DNA of 64,000 nucleotides from Eledone cirrhosa. Taxonomy: Eukaryota. Location of the stretch: positions 1-64,000 of the forward strand of contig CAXHJY010001692.1 in the NCBI GenBank assembly GCA_964016885.1, given 5' to 3'. The position numbers and the translations under genes are program-made. The notes under the pieces were generated by a model that worked only from the letters and a program-made list of their open reading frames with translations, was not told the origin of the DNA and did no database searches. This document shows, in pieces, positions 27,072-39,162 of this stretch (positions are counted from its first letter, which is position 1; each line of letters begins with the position of its first letter).

Positions 27072-27371
27072 CTAGGGTGGTGGATTGGCTAGGGCGGTGG
27101 ATTGGGTAGGGTGGTGGATTGGCTAGGGCGGTAGATTGGGTAGGGTGGTGGATTGGGTAGGGTGGTGGATTAGCTAGGGCGGAGGATTGGCTAGGGCGGT
27201 GGATTGGCTAGGGTGGTGGATTGGCTAGGGCGGTAGATTGGCTAAGGTGGTGGATTGGCTAGGGCGGTGGATTGGCTAGGGCGGTGGATTGGCTAGGGCG
27301 GTGGATTGGCTAGGGCGGTGGATTGGCTAGGGTGGTGGATTGGCTAGGGCGGTGGATTGGCTAGGGCGGTG
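27072..27371. repeat. 17-bp minisatellite (CTAGGGYGGTGGATTGG), ~18 units, at a SINE 5' end
   Basis: Direct reading; reverse complement of the 28.0-33.4 kb array unit. Confidence 0.95.
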
Positions 27372-27557
27372 TACTGGCAGTATCGGTAGAGAGCCGGACG
27401 CCATGCTTTGACGCATAGAATTACGCCCCTTGTCATTCTGAGTTCAAATCCCGCCGAGGTTAACTTTGCCTTTCATCCTTACCGGGTTGATAAATAAAGT
27501 ACCAGTAATGTACTGGGTTTTGCTGGCATTCTGCCAAAAGTAGAAACAATTATATAA
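27361..27557 (+). mobile_element. tRNA-derived SINE with Meta-like central domain
   Basis: GGCGGTG..TGGCAGTATCGGTAGAG (A-box region), B box GAGTTCAAATCC at 27440, ACTTTGCCTTTCATCCTT...GATAAATAAAGTACCAG. Confidence 0.85.
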
Positions 27558-27560
27558 TAT

Positions 27561-27757
27561 AAGGGCGGTGGATTGGCAGTATTGGTAGAGGGTCGAACGC
27601 CATGCTTTGCAGCAAACAATTACGGCCCTTTATGTTCTGAGTTCAAATACCCCGATGTTGACTTTGCCTTTCATCCTTACGGGGTCGGTAAAATAAAGTA
27701 CCAGTAATGTACTGGGATAATTGCTTAAGAATTGCTGAAAAGTAGAAACAATTATAT
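27561..27757 (+). mobile_element. Tandem second copy of the same SINE, without 17-bp expansion
   Basis: AGGGCGGTGGATTGGCAGTATTGGTAGAG...GAGTTCAAATAC...GACTTTGCCTTTCATCCTTACGGGGTCGGTAAAAT. Confidence 0.85.
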
Positions 27758-27758
27758 A

Positions 27759-27808
<50 letters not shown>

Positions 27809-27814
<6 letters not shown>

Positions 27815-28000
27815 GTTTCTACTTTTGGCACAAGGCCAACAATTATCCAGTGTATTAATGGTACTTTATTTTATCGACCCCGTAAGGATGAAAGGCAAAG
27901 TTGACCTCGGCGGTATTTGAACTCAGAATGGCAAGGGCCGTAATTGTTTGCGTCAAAGCATGGAGTCCGACCCTCTACCGATTCTGCCAGTACACCGGCC
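27809..28000 (-). mobile_element. Inverted copy of the same SINE, tail-to-tail across (TA)n
   Basis: Reverse complement of 27361-27557; its 5' end runs into the large 17-bp array. Confidence 0.85.
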
Positions 28001-31000
28001 TAGCCAATCTACCACCCTAGCCAATCTACCGCCCTAGCCAATCCACCACCCTAGCCAATCTACCACCCTAGCCAATCTACCACCCTAGCCAATCTACCGC
28101 CCTAGCCAATCTACCGCCCTAGCCAATCTACCGCCCTAGCCAATCCACCACCCTAGCCAATCTACCGCCCTAGCCAATCTACCACCCTAGCCAATCTACC
28201 ACCCTAGCCAATCGACCACCCTAGCCAATCTACCACCCTAGCCAATCCACCGCCCTAGCCAATCCACCGCCCTAGCCAATCCACCACCCTAGCCAATCTA
28301 CCACCCTAGCCAATCCACCGCCCTAGCCAATCTACCACCCTAGCCAATCCACCGCCCTAGCCAATCCACCACCCTAGCCAATCTACCACCCTAGCCAATC
28401 TACCACCCTAGCCAATCTACCACCCTAGCCAATCCACCGCCCTAGCCAATCCACCACCCTAGCCAATCCACCGCCCTAGCCAATCTACCACACTAGCCAA
28501 TCCACCACCCTAGCCAATCTACCACCCTAGCCAATCTACCACCCTAGCCAATCTACCACCCTAGCCAATCTACCACCCTAGCCAATCTACCACCCCAGCC
28601 AATCTACCACCCTAGCCAATCTACCACCCTAGCCAATCCACCACCCTAGCCAATCTACAACCCTAGCCAATCCACCACCCTAGCCAATCCACCGCCCTAG
28701 CCAATCTACCACCCTAGCCAATCTACCACCCTAGCCAATCTACCACACTAGCCAATCTACCACCCTAGCCAATCTACCACACTAGCCAATCCACCGCCCT
28801 AGCCAATCTACCACCCTAGCCAATCTACCACCCTAGCCAATCTACCACCCTAGCCAATCTACCACACTAGCCAATCCACCACCCTAGCCAATCTACCACC
28901 CTAGCCAATCTACCGCCCTAGCCAATCTACCACCCTAGCCAATCTACCACCCTAGCCAATCCACCACCCTAGCCAATCCACCACCCTAGCCAATCTACCG
29001 CCCTAGCCAATCTACCACCCTAGCCAATCTACCACCCTAGCCAATCTACCACACTAGCCAATCCACCACACTAGCCAATCTACCACCCTAGCCAATCTAC
29101 CACACTAGCCAATCTACCACCCTAGCCAATCTACCACACTAGCCAATCCACCGCCCTAGCCAATCTACCACCCTAGCCAATCTACCACCCTAGCCAATCT
29201 ACCACCCTAGCCAATCTACCACACTAGCCAATCCACCACCCTAGCCAATCTACCACCCTAGCCAATCTACCGCCCTAGCCAATCTACCACCCTAGCCAAT
29301 CTACCACCCTAGCCAATCTACCACACTAGCCAATCCACCACCCTAGCCAATCTACCACCCTAGCCAATCTACCGCCCTAGCCAATCTACCACCCTAGCCA
29401 ATCTACCACCCTAGCCAATCTACCACACTAGCCAATCCACCACCCTAGCCAATCTACCACCCTAGCCAATCTACCGCCCTAGCCAATCTACCACCCTAGC
29501 CAATCTACCACACTAGCCAATCCACCACCCTAGCCAATCTACCACCCTAGCCAATCTACCACACTAGCCAATCTACCGCCCTAGCCAATCTACCGCCCTA
29601 GCCAATCTACCACCCTAGCCAATCTACCACCCTAGCCAATCTACCACACTAGCCAATCTACCACCCTAGCCAATCTACCACCCTAGCCAATCTACCACCC
29701 TAGCCAATCTACCACCCTAGCCAATCTACCACCCCAGCCAATCTACCACCCCAGCCAATCTACCACCCTAGCCAATCCACCACCCTAGCCAATCTACCAC
29801 CCCAGCCAATCTACCACCCTAGCCAATCCACCACCCTAGCCAATCTACCGCCCTAGCCAATCTACCACCCTAGCCAATCTACCACCCTAGCCAATCCACC
29901 ACCCTAGCCAATCTACCGCCCTAGCCAATCTACCACCCTAGCCAATCTACCACCCTAGCCAATCTACCACACTAGCCAATCCACCACCCTAGCCAATCTA
30001 CCACCCTAGCCAATCTACCACCCTAGCCAATCTACCACACTAGCCAATCCACCACCCTAGCCAATCTACCACCCTAGCCAATCTACCACCCTAGCCAATC
30101 TACCACACTAGCCAATCCACCACCCTAGCCAATCTACCACCCTAGCCAATCTACCACCCTAGCCAATCTACCACACTAGCCAATCCACCACCCTAGCCAA
30201 TCTACCACCCTAGCCAATCTACCACCCTACCCAATCTACCACCCTAGCCAATCTACCACCCTAGCCAATCTACCACCCTAGCCAATCCACCACCCTAGCC
30301 AATCTACCGCCCTAGCCAATCTACCACCCTAGCCAATCTACCACCCTAGCCAATCTACCACCCTAGCCAATCTACCACACTAGCCAATCCACCACCCTAG
30401 CCAATCTACCACCCTAGCCAATCTACCACCCTAGCCAATCTACCACCCTACCCAATCTACCACCCTAGCCAATCTACCACCCTAGCCAATCCACCACCCT
30501 AGCCAATCCACCACACTAGCCAATCCACCACCCTAGCCAATCTACCACCCTAGCCAATCTACCACCCTAGCCAATCTACCACCCTAGCCAATCTACCACA
30601 CTAGCCAATCCACCACCCTAGCCAATCTACCACCCTAGCCAATCTACCACCCTAGCCAATCTACCACCCTAGCCAATCTACCACACTAGCCAATCCACCA
30701 CCCTAGCCAATCTACCACCCTAGCCAATCCACCACCCTAGCCAATCTACCACCCTAGCCAATCTACCACCCTAGCCAATCTACCACCCTAGCCAATCTAC
30801 CACCCTAGCCAATCTACCACACTAGCCAATCTACCACCCTAGCCAATCTACCACCCTAGCCAATCTACCACACTAGCCAATCCACCACCCTAGCCAATCT
30901 ACCACCCTAGCCAATCTACCACACTAGCCAATCCACCACCCTAGCCAATCTACCACCCTAGCCAATCTACCACCCTAGCCAATCTACCACACTAGCCAAT

Positions 31001-33417
31001 CCACCACCCTAGCCAATCTACCACCCTAGCCAATCTACCGCCCTAGCCAATCTACCACACTAGCCAATCCACCACCCTAGCCAATCTACCACCCTAGCCA
31101 ATCTACCACCCTAGCCAATCTACCACACTAGCCAATCCACCACCCTAGCCAATCTACCGCCCTAGCCAATCTACCACCCTAGCCAATCTACCGCCCTAGC
31201 CAATCTACCACACTAGCCAATCCACCACCCTAGCCAATCTACCACCCTAGCCAATCTACCACACTAGCCAATCCACCACCCTAGCCAATCTACCGCCCTA
31301 GCCAATCTACCACACTAGCCAATCTACCACCCTAGCCAATCTACCACCCTAGCCAATCTACCACACTAGCCAATCCACCACCCTAGCCAATCTACCACCC
31401 TAGCCAATCTACCGCCCTAGCCAATCTACCACACTAGCCAATCCACCACCCTAGCCAATCTACCACCCTAGCCAATCTACCACCCTAGCCAATCTACCAC
31501 ACTAGCCAATCCACCACCCTAGCCAATCTACCGCCCTAGCCAATCTACCACCCTAGCCAATCTACCGCCCTAGCCAATCTACCACACTAGCCAATCCACC
31601 ACCCTAGCCAATCTACCACCCTAGCCAATCTACCACACTAGCCAATCCACCACCCTAGCCAATCTACCGCCCTAGCCAATCTACCACACTAGCCAATCTA
31701 CCACCCTAGCCAATCTACCACCCTAGCCAATCTACCACACTAGCCAATCCACCACCCTAGCCAATCTACCACCCTAGCCAATCTACCGCCCTAGCCAATC
31801 TACCACACTAGCCAATCCACCACCCTAGCCAATCTACCACCCTAGCCAATCTACCACCCTAGCCAATCTACCACACTAGCCAATCCACCACCCTAGCCAA
31901 TCTACCGCCCTAGCCAATCTACCACCCTAGCCAATCTACCGCCCTAGCCAATCTACCACACTAGCCAATCCACCACCCTAGCCAATCTACCACCCTAGCC
32001 AATCTACCACACTAGCCAATCCACCACCCTAGCCAATCTACCGCCCTAGCCAATCTACCACACTAGCCAATCCACCACCCTAGCCAATCTACCGCCCTAG
32101 CCAATCTACCACACTAGCCAATCCACCACCCTAGCCAATCTACCACCCTAGCCAATCTACCACACTAGCCAATCTACCGCCCTAGCCAATCTACCACCCT
32201 AGCCAATCCACCACACTAGCCAATCCACCACCCTAGCCAATCTACCACCCTAGCCAATCTACCACACTAGCCAATCTACCACCCTAGCCAATCTACCACC
32301 CTAGCCAATCTACCACACTAGCCAATCTACCGCCCTAGCCAATCTACCACCCTAGCCAATCTACCACACTAGCCAATCCACCACCCTAGCCAATCTACCG
32401 CCCTAGCCAATCTACCACACTAGCCAATCCACCACCCTAGCCAATCTACCACCCTAGCCAATCTACCACCCTAGCCAATCTACCGCCCTAGCCAATCTAC
32501 CACCCTAGCCAATCCACCACCCTAGCCAATCCACCACACTAGCCAATCTACCACCCTAGCCAATCTACCACCCTAGCCAATCTACCACCCTAGCCAATCT
32601 ACCACACTAGCCAATCCACCACCCTAGCCAATCTACCACCCTAGCCAATCTACCACCCTAGCCAATCCACCACCCTAGCCAATCCACCACACTAGCCAAT
32701 CCACCACCCTAGCCAATCTACCGCCCTAGCCAATCTACCACCCTAGCCAATCTACCGCCCTAGCCAATCTACCACCCTAGCCAATCCACCACCCTAGCCA
32801 ATCCACCACACTAGCCAATCTACCACCCTAGCCAATCTACCACCCTAGCCAATCTACCACCCTAGCCAATCCACCACACTAGCCAATCCACCACCCTAGC
32901 CAATCTACCGCCCTAGCCAATCTACCACCCTAGCCAATCTACCGCCCTAGCCAATCCACCACCCTAGCCAATCTACCGCCCTAGCCAATCTACCACCCTA
33001 GCCAATCTACCGCCCTAGCCAATCTACCACCCTAGCCAATCTACCACCCTAGCCAATCTACCACCCTAGCCAATCTACCGCCCTAGCCAATCTACCACCC
33101 TAGCCAATCCACCACCCTAGCCAATCCACCACACTAGCCAATCTACCACCCTAGCCAATCTACCACCCTAGCCAATCTACCACCCTAGCCAATCTACCAC
33201 CCTAGCCAATCTACCACCCTAGCCAATCTACCACCCTAGCCAATCTACCACCCTAGCCAATCCACCACCCTAGCCAATCTACCACCCTAGCCAATCTACC
33301 GCCCTAGCCAATCTACCACCCTAGCCAATCTACCGCCCTAGCCAATCTACCACCCTAGCCAATCTACCGCCCTAGCCAATCTACCACCCTAGCCAATCTA
33401 CCGCCCTAGCCAATCCA
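27999..33417. repeat. 17-bp satellite (CTAGCCAATCYACCRCM), roughly 320 units
   Basis: Direct reading. Confidence 0.98.
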
Positions 33418-33419
33418 AC

Positions 33420-33496
33420 AATATATATATAATCAGGTACATGCATCTATATAAACATATATATATATACACACACACATATATATATATATACAT

Positions 33497-33530
<34 letters not shown>

Positions 33531-34372
33531 ACACACACACACATATCTATGTATATACATACATTTATAAATATATACAGGTACATTATATATATATATA
33601 TATATACAACCGCACTCACACATACAATCGCACTCACACACATACACGCACATACACACACATGTACAATCACACACATCCATACATACAAACGCACACG
33701 CACATACAAGCACACACACTACAATCACACACACACCTACACACACACATACAAACACACACACATACAATCAGACACATACAAGCACACACACACATAC
33801 AAGCACACACACACATACAATCACACACACACAGACATATACAAGCACTCACAAACACATACAAGCACACACACACATATGCAAGAATAACACACACATA
33901 CAATCACACTCACACACATATACAAGCACGCAAACACATACAAGCACACACACACATACAAGCACACACACACACAGACATATACAAGTACTCACAAACA
34001 CATACACGCACACACACACACACGCATACAAGCACACACACACATATGCAAGAATAACACACACATACAATCACACTCACACACATATACAAGCACACAC
34101 ACACAAGCACACACATACACACACATATATACAATCACACACACACACATACAAGCACACACACACACATATGCAAGAATAACACACACATACAATTACA
34201 CACACACACATACACACACATATATACAATCACACACACAGACACATATGCAAGAATTACACGCACATACAATCACACTCACACACATATACAAGCACGT
34301 ATACACACATATACATACACACACACATATGCAAGAATATCACACATACAATAACACTCACACACATATACA

Positions 34373-34432
<60 letters not shown>

Positions 34433-34435
34433 CAA

Positions 34436-34471
<36 letters not shown>

Positions 34472-34485
34472 ACACATATATACAA

Positions 34486-34523
<38 letters not shown>

Positions 34524-34537
34524 ACGCATATATACAA

Positions 34538-34572
<35 letters not shown>

Positions 34573-35256
34573 TCCAAGCGGCAAGAGGGTTCAGATAATT
34601 TACTAACGTTTTCTCTGCAATGTTTTCGCATGAAGTGAGCTGAAGTGGTGTTTAGTGTGAAGAACATGCTAATTAACATGGCTACCCGTGGCCATGTTAA
34701 TTAACATGGCTACCCGTGGCGATACATCAACCAAATGAACAGATCACTAATCAATGTTATTGAGACATTCAATATCCTTTCCTATATACTAGCAATTATT
34801 GCTTGTCAATACTTGGTTTTACCTTGTCCTTGGTGTCGTTGTTTTTTTTTATCGAGCGAATATTTCGCTGTGTACGTATATAAAATAATAAATACACATG
34901 TGTATATAATATATACACATGTATATAATATATACACATGTATATAATATATACACATGTATATAATATATACACATGTATATAATATATACAGATGTGT
35001 ATATAATATATACAGATGTGTATATAATATATACAGATGTGTATATAATATATACACATGCGTATATAATATATACACACACAAATATACAAACAAAGTA
35101 AAAAGAAACACGCACACATTCACTCGCATTTGCATTCGGAATATACAGGTACTCACAAACACATATATGCATACGTACACACCTATACACACACTCACAC
35201 ACACATATATATAATTTCGTACCTGGGAGAAATGATCTGTACTTACTTTATATGTA

Positions 35257-35295
<39 letters not shown>
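33420..35295. repeat. (TA)n/(CA)n/CACACATACAAG microsatellite mosaic with a 22-bp minisatellite at ~34895-35075
   Basis: Direct reading; a small unique island lies at ~34570-34860. Confidence 0.9.
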
Positions 35296-35300
<5 letters not shown>

Positions 35301-35607
35301 ATATTAATAAATGGAAGCTATATTTATAAAACCATAATTATTTTATTATATATATTTCAAGGGCAACAAGGCAAATTATGGTGCGCTTTCATCAGATAAA
35401 ATACAAATCTGTATTTTATCTGATGAAAGCGCACCATAATTTGCCTTGTTGCCCTTGAAATATATATAATAAAATAATTATGGTTTTATAAATATAGTTT
35501 CCATTTATTTATATATGGAATATTTACTCCAGTAAACTGTTGAGTGCTTTATATCAGTTATAAAAATGTTTAAGCTTGTTGAATCCCAACAAATTAAATA
35601 TAACCTC

Positions 35608-35610
<3 letters not shown>
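35301..35610 (+). mobile_element. Family C element with ~105-bp-arm palindromic 5' end
   Basis: 35301-35405 is the reverse complement of 35410-35514 (4-nt loop, about 2 mismatches); flanked by (TA)n. Confidence 0.85.
35412..35476 (+). ncRNA. Minimal type-I hammerhead (family C, intact core); mirror copy on the minus strand at 35339-35403
   Basis: TATTTTAT-CTGATGA-AAGCGCA...TGCCCTT-GAAA-TATATA-TA-ATAAAATA: 8-bp helix I, palindromic helix III. Confidence 0.85.
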
Positions 35611-35650
<40 letters not shown>

Positions 35651-35663
35651 ATATATGTATGTC

Positions 35664-35830
35664 TGAAATTTAATATAGAAATAGATATTTTACAAGACCT
35701 TTCTGGTGATTTCCTTCGAATGAAACAGTTCTAATCCTGTAGATGCCATTTCTATATTTGATGTTTACACGCTACTAATGTATTGAGTACCTTACTTATT
35801 GTGGTTACCCCGGAGTGAACTCGAGATTCT
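35664..35830 (+). mobile_element. Family D element copy 2 with degenerate hammerhead (CTGGTGA core at 35703)
   Basis: CTGGTGA-TTTCCTTCGAAT-GAAA-CAG-TTCTAATC-CTG-TA...TATTGAGTACCTTACTTA.TGTGGTTACC, homologous to 13034-13140. Confidence 0.75.
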
Positions 35831-35889
<59 letters not shown>

Positions 35890-35924
35890 ACGTATGTATA
35901 TGTATCTATATATGTATATAGAGA

Positions 35925-37825
35925 ACTGGGAGGAGATAGCTCTAAATATGGCTGAGTGGAGAAAACACATAAAGGGCAGTTGAAAACATTTTTAAAATGT
36001 CATCTAGAACATAAACAACTTAAGCGTCAGCTCTGGAACGGCTGTGCTCACAGTCTGTGACGTTATCAGTAGTTGGACATGCAGATCCTGTACTCCTCTC
36101 AAGGGCTGGTTATGTTAATCACCTAAAATCACATGAAAGGATAACCACTTGCAACACCACTCAACAAGACCTGTCGAAACAACGTGCGTGATATGCAACA
36201 AAGTGTGTACAACTAGTTCTGGACTAAAAAGACACATGGTGGTACGTGAAGGTTGTGTCCCACAGGGTGACCCCACCAGTCTTGTAGAAAGCACAACTCT
36301 CTTCTGTCACCTGTGTCGTAAACCAGGCAGATCTACAGCTGACCTACAAAGTCATCTATGAAGTCTCACAAGGTGACCCCCCCCTCCCATCAGTCTTGTA
36401 GAATGCACAACTCTCTTCTGTCACCTGTGTCGTAAACAAGGCAGATCTACAGCTGACCTACAAAGTCATCTATGAAGTCCCACAGGTTGACCCCCACCAG
36501 TCTTGTAGAAAGCACAACTCCCTTCGGTCACCTGTGTCGTAAACCAGGCAAATCTACAGCTGACCTACAAAGTCATCTACGAAGTCCCACAGGGTGACCC
36601 CACGGTCCTGTGGAAAGCACAACTCTCTTCTGTCACCTGTGTCGTAAACCAGGCAGATCTACAGCTGACCTACAAAGTCATCTATGAAGTCTCACAAGGT
36701 GACCCCCCATCAGTCTTGTAGAATGCACAACTCTCTTCTGTCACCTGTGTCGTAAACCAGGCAGATCTACAGCTGACCTACAAAGTCATCTATGAAGTCC
36801 CACAGGTTGACCCCCACCAGTCTTGTAGAAAGCACAACTCCCTTCTGTCACCTGTGTCGTAAACCAGGCAGATCTACAGCTGACCTACGAAGTCATCTAT
36901 GAAGTCCCACAGGGTGACCCCACCGGTCCTGTGGAAAGCACAACTCCCTTGAGTCACCTGTGTCGTAAACCAGGCAGATCTACAGCTGACCTACAAAGTC
37001 ATCTATGAAGTCCCACAGGGTGACCCCCGTGTCCTGTGGAAAGCACAACTCCCTTCGGTCACCTGTGTCGTAAACCAGGCAGATCTACAGCTGACCTACA
37101 AAGTCATCTATGAAGTCCCACAGGGTGACCCCACGGTCCTGTGGAAAGCACAACTCTCTTCTGTCACCTGTGTCGTAAACCATACAGATCTACAGCTGAC
37201 CTACACAGTCATCTATGAAGTCCCACAGGGTGACCTCACCGGTCCTGTGGAAAGCACAACTCTCTTCTGTCACCTGTGTCGTTAACCATGTAGATCTACA
37301 GCTGACCTACAAAGTCATCTATGAAGTCCCACAGGGTGACCCCACCGGTCCTGTGGAAAGCACAACTCTCTTCTGTCACCTGTGTAGTAAACCAGGCAGA
37401 TCTACAGCTGACCTACAAAGGCATCTATGAAGTCCCACAGGGTGACCCCACCGGTCCTGTGGAAAGCACAACTCTCTTCTGACACCTGTGTAGTAAACCA
37501 GGCAGATCTACAGCTAGCCTACAAAGTCATCTATGAAGTCCCACAGGTTGACCTCACCGGTCCTGTGGAAAGCACAACTCTCTTCTGTCACCTGTGTCGT
37601 TAACCATGTAGATCTACAGCTGGCCTACAAAGTCATCTATGAAGTCCCACAGGGTGACCCCACCGGTCCTGTGGAAAGCACAACTCTCTTCTGACACCTG
37701 TGTAGTAAACCAGGCAGATCTACAGCTAGCCTACAAAGTCATCTACGAAGTCATGGACGCGTATGGGATGATATCGATGAATCAATAAGAGATGGCAATC
37801 GTCTGTGAAGACGTTGCAACCCTCA
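35925..37825 (+). mobile_element. 3' end of an RTE-like LINE with C2H2 zinc-finger remnants
   Basis: Fragmented translation WEEIALNMAEWRKHIKG..LEHKQLKRQL..WTCRSC..SRAGYVNHLKSH..CVICNKVCTTSSGLKRHM..CHLCRKPGRSTADLQSHL(RSH); this WE..A...WR plus CxxC...HxxxH C-terminus is typical of RTE-clade ORFs; stops and frameshifts present. Confidence 0.7.
36257..37751. repeat. ~106-bp tandem array, 14 units, each a copy of one zinc-finger-coding segment
   Basis: Unit GTCCCACAGGGTGACCCCACCGGTCCTGTGGAAAGCACAACTCTCTTCTGTCACCTGTGTCGTAAACCAGGCAGATCTACAGCTGACCTACAAAGTCATCTATGAA. Confidence 0.95.
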
Positions 37826-37961
37826 TATAATAACGGAACAACACTCACTGTTTGGTTGGTTTTCGCTTCTGTATCTTTTATATCTCCATAGTTAATTTAT
37901 TGGGCAATCAATGTTTATCATTGATTGCCCAACGGTTAAAAATACAGATATAAATATACAA

Positions 37962-38022
37962 TATTAAATAAATGGAAACTATATTTATAAAACCATATTT
38001 ATTTCATTATATATATTTCAGG
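37962..38022 (-). mobile_element. Truncated family C fragment (GAAA-TATATA-TA half of the hammerhead)
   Basis: AAATGGAAACTATATTTATAAAACCATATTTATTTCATTATATATATTTCAGGG matches 35309-35363. Confidence 0.65.
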
Positions 38023-38325
38023 GATAACATATTAACAATATGCTATGCCTTCCTCAGACAAAATACAATATAAACAGTTTTATAGATAAATAGATTCGAC
38101 ATACCGTAACAACATCTACTTGGGAAGGTTGATTTGGTTGTGACAAAATTGTACACAGAGAGAAAGAAAGAGAGAGAGAGAAAGAGAGAAAAAAAAATAT
38201 ATATATATATATAGTCTATCAAAGTTCTTTCGTCACACATCTGTGACACCATCAGTGGTTCTATTATGTTTCCTACCGTTGCATTCTAATGCCTAGGCCA
38301 TTAGAAAAAAATACTACCACCACCG

Positions 38326-38364
<39 letters not shown>

Positions 38365-38559
38365 GTACAATGGATTTAATAATTACAGGTTCTTACATTG
38401 GCTGTTAGATTCTAAAAATGAAGCCGAAACAGACAACACTTTTTGGAGTCTACTGGAAGTTAGCAACAGATCAGTCTGGCTCAAGAACAATTTCTGATTC
38501 GAGGTCTAATTGCTCATGTAGGGTTGTTAAGAATGTTTTACTGTATCTGCCCCACCGTA

Positions 38560-38660
38560 TTGTTGTCTCTGAGTTCAAATCCCACCGTGGTCAACTTTGC
38601 CTTCCACCCTTTCAAGGTCGATAAAAAAAAGTACCAGTCCAGTACTGGGGTCGATTCTTC
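38560..38660 (+). mobile_element. Meta-like SINE fragment
   Basis: CTGAGTTCAAATCCCACCGTGGTCAACTTTGCCTTCCACCCTTTCAAGGTCGATAAAA..GTACCAGTCCAGTACTGGGGTCGAT. Confidence 0.8.
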
Positions 38661-38682
38661 CTCTATAGAAAAATCGGCTTTG

Positions 38683-38816
38683 GTCAGACCTGGAGAGGGT
38701 TGGACTTTGCCAAGTTTAAAAGTGTCCTAGACACGCCGTATGACGATGTAGTGTGTTCAGACCTGGAGAGGGTTGGGTTCTGCCAGGTTTAAAAGTGCCC
38801 CAAACACGCCGTATGA
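38683..38816. repeat. Two-copy ~74-bp direct repeat
   Basis: TCAGACCTGGAGAGGGTTGG...GTTTAAAAGTG...ACACGCCGTATGA occurs twice. Confidence 0.8.
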
Positions 38817-38949
38817 AGGTGCCTCTACGACTCCACAAGGAGTTATGGTATTTTTATCCTTATTCTACTCTCATGTATAGTGACATATTTCAATTTGTAT
38901 ACCATTGTCATTTATATCATATAGTTCATATGTTGTATTTTAAACTGCT

Positions 38950-39162
38950 GCCTCTTCGCGCACTTATTCTTGAGGGGGTCGTGGGGCCAGAGTCCTCAAA
39001 CATTCTTTCCAGCGGGTTCTGTCAGACGCAACTTCCCCCACCTGATCCGGCTGGATCCCTAAGCGAGATCAGCCAAAGTTTACCCCTGGGTCACCTACCT
39101 GTTGGCTTTCACCGTAAAATCCTTCCAGCGATTCTTCCTTAAGACATTCTAACCACATGCCT
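38950..39162 (-). mobile_element. Decayed RTE-type LINE 3' fragment
   Basis: Minus frame reads HVVRMS*GRIAGRILR*KPTGR*PRGK, matching the GHVxRMxxxR..L...PxGxRPRGRP motif found after the RT domain. Confidence 0.65.

Noticed and set aside
27999-33417. Telomeric repeat
   Set aside because: The unit is 17 bp, derives from a SINE head and is not TTAGGG-type.
38215-38262. Hammerhead-like CTGATGG-T-GTCACA..TGTGAC-GAAA on the minus strand
   Set aside because: The core deviates, helices I and III do not pair convincingly, and the 11.2-kb copy lacks CTGA.
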